Source of the DNA: Fimbriimonadaceae bacterium
GTDB taxonomy: Bacteria; Armatimonadota; Fimbriimonadia; Fimbriimonadales; Fimbriimonadaceae
DNA length: 30,690 nucleotides
Direction: 5' to 3'
NCBI GenBank assembly: GCA_035248525.1
Contig: DATFHI010000273.1
Coordinates: 1 to 30,690, forward strand
The notes under the pieces are model-generated. The model saw nothing but the letters and a program-made list of their open reading frames with translations. It was not told the DNA's origin and made no database searches. This document shows positions 24,920-30,690 of the stretch, one piece after another. Both the position numbers and the translations under genes were made by a program. Numbering within the stretch: the first letter of the stretch is position 1; each line of letters opens with the position of its first letter.

Positions 24920-26036
24920 CCCCGCCCTGACGATCCTGGTGTTCGGGATCGCGGCCACACTTTGCGCGGCGGGAGGCACATATCAATCGGAATCCGAGAA
25001 AGCCCGACAGCTGCTCCTCAAGACGCTGGACCGAAATTTCTCGCACAACGTAATTGCCCTAATCAGCCAACGCTCGCCTGAAGACCACGAAAGTTTCCAG
25101 CGTATTCAGGTGCAAATTAGCCGCGACGGCAAAATGCGGCAAACGGTGATCTATCCCCTCAGCATGCAGGGCGTGGAAACGATCGACGATGGGAAGCAAT
25201 CGGCGACCTTTCTGCCCGACGAGAAGGTCACCCTGGTTCAAGAATCGCCTCGGCTATTGCCAAACGACACCAACGCTCGCATCAACTTGACCGTCCGCAA
25301 CTACACCCTCAAACTTGGAGGCAGCAGTCAAATCGCTGGTCAGACGGCGACCATAGTTGTGGCGGCTCCGCGAAGCCGGGAGTTAGAAACTCGTCGCTAC
25401 CACATCGACGAGCGGACAGGATTCCTGCTCCAGTTAGAAACCGTCAGTGCAGGCAGCAACCCCAAACTAGCATTCCGCGCGCTGCAGGTTACGTATCCTG
25501 CCCGAATCAACCCCGCCACATTTGAAATTAACCTCGATGAGCGGGACGGTCAAAAAGTGATTTACCGCCGACGGTCAGGTTTGTACGATGCCGGACCCAA
25601 GGGCACACCTTCGATTGGATTTGAACCGGTGCTTCCCCGAGATTTGCCGTTCGGCTTCGACCTCCAGGACGCACAAATCAATGACACCGGGAAATATCGC
25701 TCGGTGGCGGTCCGCATCACGGACGGACTGATTAAAGGGACCGTTTACCAATATTCCCAGGCCAACGCCGCCCGAATGAAGGCAAGTATCGGAACAACCA
25801 TTGGGGACGGCAGCGGAATTCGATTTGTGGTGGCGGCAGATGTACCTGAGTCGGTCCGCAAGAAGATCCTCGTGGCCTTTATTGAAGCGGCGCGGCGCTC
25901 CAATTGGGATCGGCCAACGGGACCCTTGTCCCGCGCGGAACTCTGGCAGCAAATCTGGTCGTTAACCCAATCAGAGCAGTTGAATCGATTGCTAGTCGCC
26001 AACGGAAGCTTCGAATCGTTTCCTCCTTCCGAATAG
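24906..26036 (+). CDS. RseB/MucB-like periplasmic regulator (LolA-type fold)
   Basis: Signal peptide; NYTLKLGGSSQIAGQTATIVVAAPR and YHIDERTGFLLQLE match the MucB/RseB N-terminal pattern; lies between anti-sigma and degP. Confidence 0.75.
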   Translation: MARINPALTILVFGIAATLCAAGGTYQSESEKARQLLLKTLDRNFSHNVIALISQRSPEDHESFQRIQVQISRDGKMRQTVIYPLSMQGVETIDDGKQSATFLPDEKVTLVQESPRLLPNDTNARINLTVRNYTLKLGGSSQIAGQTATIVVAAPRSRELETRRYHIDERTGFLLQLETVSAGSNPKLAFRALQVTYPARINPATFEINLDERDGQKVIYRRRSGLYDAGPKGTPSIGFEPVLPRDLPFGFDLQDAQINDTGKYRSVAVRITDGLIKGTVYQYSQANAARMKASIGTTIGDGSGIRFVVAADVPESVRKKILVAFIEAARRSNWDRPTGPLSRAELWQQIWSLTQSEQLNRLLVANGSFESFPPSE

Positions 26037-26081
26037 CGCGAAACGATCGTCCGCTGTACACTTCAATTGTAAGGGAGCCCA

Positions 26082-27632
26082 ATGAACCCCAACAAATCTT
26101 CATTTAAGAGTCCATTAGGATGGATTTTGGCGGCCGGCGTATTAATCGGCGCCGGTGCGACCGCATCTGTTTTCTCAACCCGAGGTGGAGCAACCACTGC
26201 CATTCCCGTCCCGTCGGTCACCGTTTCCAGTCCGCGGCCGGTCGGCCAGATCAATGCCGACAGCCTAGATATGGTTAAAGCGCTGGATGAGTCATTCGCA
26301 AACCTTGCTGACTCGGCCAAACCGGCGGTAGTCCATATTCGAGTCCAAAACTCCGGCAGTCGGAATGCATTTGGCGAGCGACAAGTCGTGGGCGGAGAAG
26401 GATCTGGATTTATCTTTCGACCCGACGGTTTCATCATCACCAACGACCACGTGGCCGGCGGGTTTGAGAAGGTCACCGTCATCCTCTACGATGGCCGCGA
26501 ATTTCCAGGCAAAGTCCTGAGGGCGGAAGATAGCGACATCGCAGTTGTAAAGATCGATGCGGACAACCTTCCTACACTGCCCTTCGCCGACAGCGGGAAT
26601 GTCCGTGCCGGTGAGTTTGCCGTCGCTATTGGCGCCCCGTATGGATTTGAAAACACCGTTACCGTCGGCCATGTGAGCGCCACTCAGCGAACGAACGAAA
26701 TTCCCGACCCGATGTCGGGCAAAACTCGGCTGTACTCCGACCTGATTCAGACCGACGCGGCGATCAATGTCGGCAACAGCGGCGGCCCACTGATCAACAT
26801 CGAGGGTCAAGTCATTGGGATCAACTCGGCTATCTTCAGTCCTACGGGAACAAGCGGCGGAATTGGATTCGCCATCAGCTCCAATCAGGCTCGTTTGTTG
26901 GCGGAGACGCTCATCGAAAAGGGCAAGATCAACCGGGGCTTCCTTGGTATCCGCCCGGAGAATCTCAAGATCGCGCAAGCGAAGAACCTCGGTGTAGAGT
27001 CGGGAGCCTTCGTTGCCGAGGTACCGAGCGATGGCCCAGCCGCAATGGCGGGGATCAAAGAGCGTGACGTCGTCGTGCGAATCGGGAATCTGCCGGTTGA
27101 AAATCAGGCTGACCTCCGAAACGCAATGATCAAGTACGGTCCAGGTAGCAAGATCAACGTGGAAGTGATCCGTGATCGCGAACACAAGACCTTCGCCGTT
27201 ACCGCCAAAGAGCCACCGGTGCAGGAAGCTCAACCTCAGATTCGGCGATTGCCTGAAGGGAACATGGATGACTTTCCTGGCTTCAAAGACTTCCCACGGG
27301 TCGAGGTTCCTGGCCAAATCCCTAACTTGCCCCGCGGCGTCAGACTAGGCGTCGAGGTCGGAAATGTGGATGCATCCAATCAGGCAACGCATCACATTCC
27401 AGCCGGGACGAAGGGAGCGGTTGTGAATTCCGTAACCCCTGGCTCGGTTGCGAGCGAAGCTGGACTTCAACTGGGCGACGTCATCGTTGAGTTCGACGGC
27501 AAGCCGATCAGCAGTGCGGAGGATATCGCGAATGCAGTCCGCTCTGTGAAGCGCGGTGAAACCAAGAAAATCAATTTCTTGCGCTTCGACTCCGGTGCCA
27601 AAGTCGAACTGGAACGAGAAGCCCAGTTCTAA
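26082..27632 (+). CDS. degP: HtrA/DegP-family serine protease with two PDZ domains
   Basis: GSGF, TNDHV (His), SDIAV (Asp), IQTDAAINVGNSGGPL (Ser), two PDZ domains (GPAAMAGI, SVASEAGL) and an N-terminal anchor. Confidence 0.95.
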   Translation: MNPNKSSFKSPLGWILAAGVLIGAGATASVFSTRGGATTAIPVPSVTVSSPRPVGQINADSLDMVKALDESFANLADSAKPAVVHIRVQNSGSRNAFGERQVVGGEGSGFIFRPDGFIITNDHVAGGFEKVTVILYDGREFPGKVLRAEDSDIAVVKIDADNLPTLPFADSGNVRAGEFAVAIGAPYGFENTVTVGHVSATQRTNEIPDPMSGKTRLYSDLIQTDAAINVGNSGGPLINIEGQVIGINSAIFSPTGTSGGIGFAISSNQARLLAETLIEKGKINRGFLGIRPENLKIAQAKNLGVESGAFVAEVPSDGPAAMAGIKERDVVVRIGNLPVENQADLRNAMIKYGPGSKINVEVIRDREHKTFAVTAKEPPVQEAQPQIRRLPEGNMDDFPGFKDFPRVEVPGQIPNLPRGVRLGVEVGNVDASNQATHHIPAGTKGAVVNSVTPGSVASEAGLQLGDVIVEFDGKPISSAEDIANAVRSVKRGETKKINFLRFDSGAKVELEREAQF

Positions 27633-27638
27633 AAACAA

Positions 27639-27670
27639 AATGGCCCGGCTCCTTTTGGAGCCGGGCCATT
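27639..27670. terminator. Bidirectional intrinsic terminator between degP and fur
   Basis: Perfect 14-bp stem AATGGCCCGGCTCC-tttt-GGAGCCGGGCCATT with an A-tract before and a T-rich tract after. Confidence 0.9.
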
Positions 27671-27680
27671 CTTATTTGGC

Positions 27681-28175
27681 TTACTTGCCGGCAACTTCTC
27701 GGCCGGTAATTTCCACCTTGATTCCTGTTGTCTCAAATCCCGCGGCGCGAGCTTGATCCTCGATCGCCTGGATGATCGACTTCGGCATTGGCAACTCCAT
27801 CACCGTGCCCGTAGTCTCTTCGACTACTACTTCGCTGCGTCGATCGGCGCAATTGCCAATTCGGCAGGGGAAGTAACCATCGACAACGCCGATGTGGTGA
27901 ATGAGACCAACCTCTTGGAGAGTGGAGAGAATGCGGTACACGCTCACGACGTCGATCTTGCCCCCCGTTGAGATGATCTTATCGTGAATCGCGTAAGCGC
28001 TCAATGCGACGTCTGTGTCGGCGAGCGCGCGAATTACCTGCACGCGCGGCATGGTAATTCGAAAACCGGCGTTTCGAAGCTCCTTCAAGGAGTGCTCTTC
28101 GTAGATTTTCGCCGGGGTTAAAGGTTGCTGCGCAACGGCTTGGTTGCCGAAGCGCGAAGTGTTTCGCTGCTTCAT
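27681..28175 (-). CDS. Fur-family transcriptional regulator, atypical (metal-site motifs absent)
   Basis: Winged helix LRNAGFRITMPR...LSAYAIH...IDVVSVYRILSTLQEVGLI and C-terminal GF....VEITG. The start could also be 28181 or 28190. Confidence 0.82.
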   Translation of the reverse strand: MKQRNTSRFGNQAVAQQPLTPAKIYEEHSLKELRNAGFRITMPRVQVIRALADTDVALSAYAIHDKIISTGGKIDVVSVYRILSTLQEVGLIHHIGVVDGYFPCRIGNCADRRSEVVVEETTGTVMELPMPKSIIQAIEDQARAAGFETTGIKVEITGREVAGK

Positions 28176-28323
28176 TCTCATATTATGCATGACGATCAAA
28201 AATAGCAATATAGGGCAGTTTGTCTGTTTATTGCCCAAAATGGCTAAAATAATTGCCGGCTCGATCTCAAAATAAAAAACTTTGCATATTTCAAAAATCT
28301 AGGTTCCCTTGAATCTAGTGTTG

Positions 28324-28332
28324 TGCTATCAT
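28324..28332 (+). promoter_or_regulatory. Extended -10 promoter TGcTATCAT for the small basic protein gene
   Basis: TGn-TAnnnT at the end of an AT-rich divergent intergenic region. Confidence 0.55.
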
Positions 28333-28352
28333 GACCGCGATGTACAGCCGCA

Positions 28353-28374
28353 GTGGTTCGAGGGATCGAACTAC
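28353..28374 (+). other. 5' UTR hairpin GTGGTTCGA-GGGA-TCGAACTAC (GNRA loop)
   Basis: 9-bp stem with one G-U pair, extendable by CCG/CGG, lying between the promoter and the SD (GGAGGG). Confidence 0.55.
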
Positions 28375-28394
28375 CGGATGGAGGGAAACCAAGC

Positions 28395-28589
28395 ATGAAG
28401 TTTTACAATTTGAAGACTCGATCGCATGTCGATGTGCCCGATGGAGACGTTCGCAAGATGAAGATGGTCCGCAAGACCAAGTCCGGGGAACAAGTCCGAT
28501 ACGCTCTTACGGCTAACTTTGAGGGCTCCAAGCTCTTCAAGTTCATCAACGAAGCGACATACAAGTCTTCCAACGCCAAGGAAGCCTAA
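28395..28589 (+). CDS. Small basic protein (64 aa), candidate CC1/Cren7/DUF5679-like DNA-binding protein
   Basis: SD GGAGGG, ATG 28395, own terminator. 14 K+R versus 7 D+E. MKFYNLK...G.Q.RYAL...GSKLFKFI pattern. Confidence 0.75.
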   Translation: MKFYNLKTRSHVDVPDGDVRKMKMVRKTKSGEQVRYALTANFEGSKLFKFINEATYKSSNAKEA

Positions 28590-28603
28590 CGACCTTATTT
28601 GGG

Positions 28604-28637
28604 AAGGGCGCCCCCGGTATCGGAGGCGCCCTTTCTT
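28604..28637 (+). terminator. Intrinsic terminator after the small basic protein gene
   Basis: AAGGGCGCCCCCG-gtat-CGGAGGCGCCCTT stem (one mismatch) followed by TCTT. Confidence 0.8.
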
Positions 28638-28680
28638 AGCTTAAACTGAACCTGGGGCGGCTTCTGCCGTCAAGAAAGCT

Positions 28681-30078
28681 ATGGCACTCTCGACGGAACG
28701 CGAAAAATGCGCGCATCTCCTTCGCCGATTTGGCCTCGGCGCCAGCGAAGCAGAACTCGACTACTACCTGAAGGATGGCCTAAACGGAGCCATCGACCGC
28801 CTGCTCGACTACGATAACGTCGACGAAGGTTTTAATGTCGAGATCGAGAAGATGGCCAATCAAAATGGCGTCATCCAGCCCCAAGTCGTGGGCGTTTGGT
28901 GGACCCTCAGACTCGTCTCCACGCAGCGACCGCTTCAAGAGAAGATGACGGTCTTTTGGCACGACCACTTTGCCACGAGCGCAAGCAAAGTGCAGGGTGG
29001 ACCGGTCATGTACCAGCATCTGGATGCGCTTCGCTCCAACGCTACCGGCAATTTCCGAACGCTTTTGATGGAGATCAGCAAAGATCCGGCGATGCTTTTC
29101 TGGTTAGACAACCAGTTCAACGTGACCGGAAAGCCGAACGAGAATTTTGCCCGCGAAGTCATGGAGCTATTCACCCTCGGGGTGGACAATAACTACACCG
29201 AAAAGGACATCAAGGAAGCCGCCCGAGCCTTTACTGGCTGGTCCATTGGTCGCGTCAATGCCAAGGGTCCAAGGCCGAACCAGGGATTTATTTTCCGTCC
29301 ATTCCAGCATGATTCGGGGCCGAAAACGGTTATCGGTCGAAACGGGAATTTGAATGGCGAAGACGTCATTAACATCCTCTGCGACATGCCAGAATCGGCG
29401 GAATATATCACGAAGAAGATCTGGGAGTGGTTCGTCTATCCCAATCCCGAGCCGGCGTTGATCTCCCGGATGGCGAGAAAATTCCAGAGCGATAACCTCA
29501 GCATTAAGTCGCTGTTGAAGGACATCATGAAGTCCAGCGAATTCTATTCCGACAAGGCGGAACGCGCCATCTACAAGAGTCCAGTGGACTTCACCATCGC
29601 CACCATGCGCCAACTTGGAGTTGCCCAAGCCCTTTCGGAAGCGATTGCCACCGCCACCGATAACCTTCGCGGTCGAATCGCCCCTGTGCAGGTGGCGTAT
29701 CAGTCGATGCGCTCGATGGGAATGCAGCTTCTCTATCCGCCGGACGTTTCCGGTTGGGAAACGGGTCCGAACTGGATCTCGTCCGCGACCATGATGGAGC
29801 GCATCAACTGGGGTAACAAGCTGTTTGGCCAGGCAAAGACGGGAGCCCAACTGAGATTCCAATCCTATTCCATGTTCGAGAAAGATCCAACTCCTCGCGG
29901 AGTGGCGACCAAGCTTGTTTCAATATTGGACGCCCCGATCGAATCGGCGAAGCTTCCCAAACTGGTCGAGGCCGCACAAAAGGCTTCTGGGGGCGCCCTG
30001 ACAAGGCAAAACGCCAATGCAACCGCGGCCGCCGTGACCCGGTTAGTTTTTGCCGCGCCCGAATTTCAGCTCATGTAG
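28681..30078 (+). CDS. DUF1800 family protein
   Basis: AHLLRRFGLG, LQEKMTVFWHDHFATS, DPAMLFWLDN, PNENFAREVMELFTLG, KSPVDF, LLYPPDVSGW and PEFQL. Confidence 0.93.
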   Translation: MALSTEREKCAHLLRRFGLGASEAELDYYLKDGLNGAIDRLLDYDNVDEGFNVEIEKMANQNGVIQPQVVGVWWTLRLVSTQRPLQEKMTVFWHDHFATSASKVQGGPVMYQHLDALRSNATGNFRTLLMEISKDPAMLFWLDNQFNVTGKPNENFAREVMELFTLGVDNNYTEKDIKEAARAFTGWSIGRVNAKGPRPNQGFIFRPFQHDSGPKTVIGRNGNLNGEDVINILCDMPESAEYITKKIWEWFVYPNPEPALISRMARKFQSDNLSIKSLLKDIMKSSEFYSDKAERAIYKSPVDFTIATMRQLGVAQALSEAIATATDNLRGRIAPVQVAYQSMRSMGMQLLYPPDVSGWETGPNWISSATMMERINWGNKLFGQAKTGAQLRFQSYSMFEKDPTPRGVATKLVSILDAPIESAKLPKLVEAAQKASGGALTRQNANATAAAVTRLVFAAPEFQLM

Positions 30079-30111
30079 GCGGGCGCAGGTTCAAACCGTC
30101 CACAATGAGGC

Positions 30112-30690
30112 ATGGAGCCTCAGGCTTGCGACTTCTTGGTGATCGGCAGTGGATTGGCGGGGCTTACCTTTGCTCTGCGAGTCGCTGAGCGTGGGCCCGT
30201 CTTCGTCCTCACCAAGGGCGAAATTCAAGAATCCAATACCAACTGGGCCCAAGGTGGAATCGCCGCCGCAGTGAGCGATGCGGACAGTTGGGAGCTTCAC
30301 GAGGAAGACACCCTCATCGCCGGCGCTGGACTCTGCGATCGCGACGCTGTTCGGTTTCTAGTCCAAGAGGCGCCCAAGGCCATCGAATGGTTGAGTTCGC
30401 TAGGGGCCAGATTCGATAAGGAATCGGATGGCGACTTTGCCCTCGGTCGGGAGGGCGGCCACGGGATGAGCCGGATTGTGAAGTATCAGGACCGGACCGG
30501 CTGGGAAGTGGAGCGGACGATGATCGCGGCCGTGCGGAATCATCCCAACATCCAAATTTTCGAGCACGCCTTCGTAACCAATCTCGAAATCGCGGACGGC
30601 AAGTGCGTCGGCGCAAGCGCGATGATCGAAGGGTTGGGCAGTCGCCGATTCTTCGCCTCATCCACTCTGCTCGCAACCGGAGGTTGTGGC
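30112..30690 (+). CDS. nadB: L-aspartate oxidase (5' part, runs off the window end)
   Basis: Not in the ORF track because it has no stop. Manual translation from ATG 30112 gives MEPQACDFLVIGSGLAGL...TKGEIQESNTNWAQGGIAAA...HEEDTLIAGAGLCD...REGGH...LATGG. Confidence 0.93.
   Translation, partial: MEPQACDFLVIGSGLAGLTFALRVAERGPVFVLTKGEIQESNTNWAQGGIAAAVSDADSWELHEEDTLIAGAGLCDRDAVRFLVQEAPKAIEWLSSLGARFDKESDGDFALGREGGHGMSRIVKYQDRTGWEVERTMIAAVRNHPNIQIFEHAFVTNLEIADGKCVGASAMIEGLGSRRFFASSTLLATGGCG

Noticed and set aside
1-30690. CRISPR arrays, IS elements, prophage genes, rRNA
   Set aside because: No regularly spaced repeats, transposase/integrase or phage motifs, or rRNA-like sequence were recognised.

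Overview
A 30.7 kb stretch of ordinary-looking bacterial chromosome. The gene styles ([32 protein letters not shown]-type prepilin, darA-holB synteny, DUF1800) suggest Armatimonadota/Fimbriimonadaceae; this is inference. Housekeeping genes are uvrC, coaD, holB, fluC/crcB, partial nadB and tRNA-Ala(TGC). There are two ECF sigma/anti-sigma pairs, one in a full sigma-antisigma-RseB-DegP operon with a clear ECF promoter. No transposase, integrase, CRISPR array or rRNA was seen. Best leads: (1) a translationally coupled trio of a membrane protein resembling a catalytically gutted membrane pyrophosphatase, a thioester-intact alpha-2-macroglobulin and a VanW protein; (2) a monocistronic 64-aa basic protein resembling the crenarchaeal chromatin protein CC1; (3) a heme c plus PHM-fold protein that has lost every copper ligand, coupled to a redoxin; (4) a Fur paralog without its metal-binding motifs; (5) an ORF split by a single in-frame TAA. 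All family assignments come from motif recognition by eye, not database searches. Several start codons were moved downstream of the ORF-track starts.
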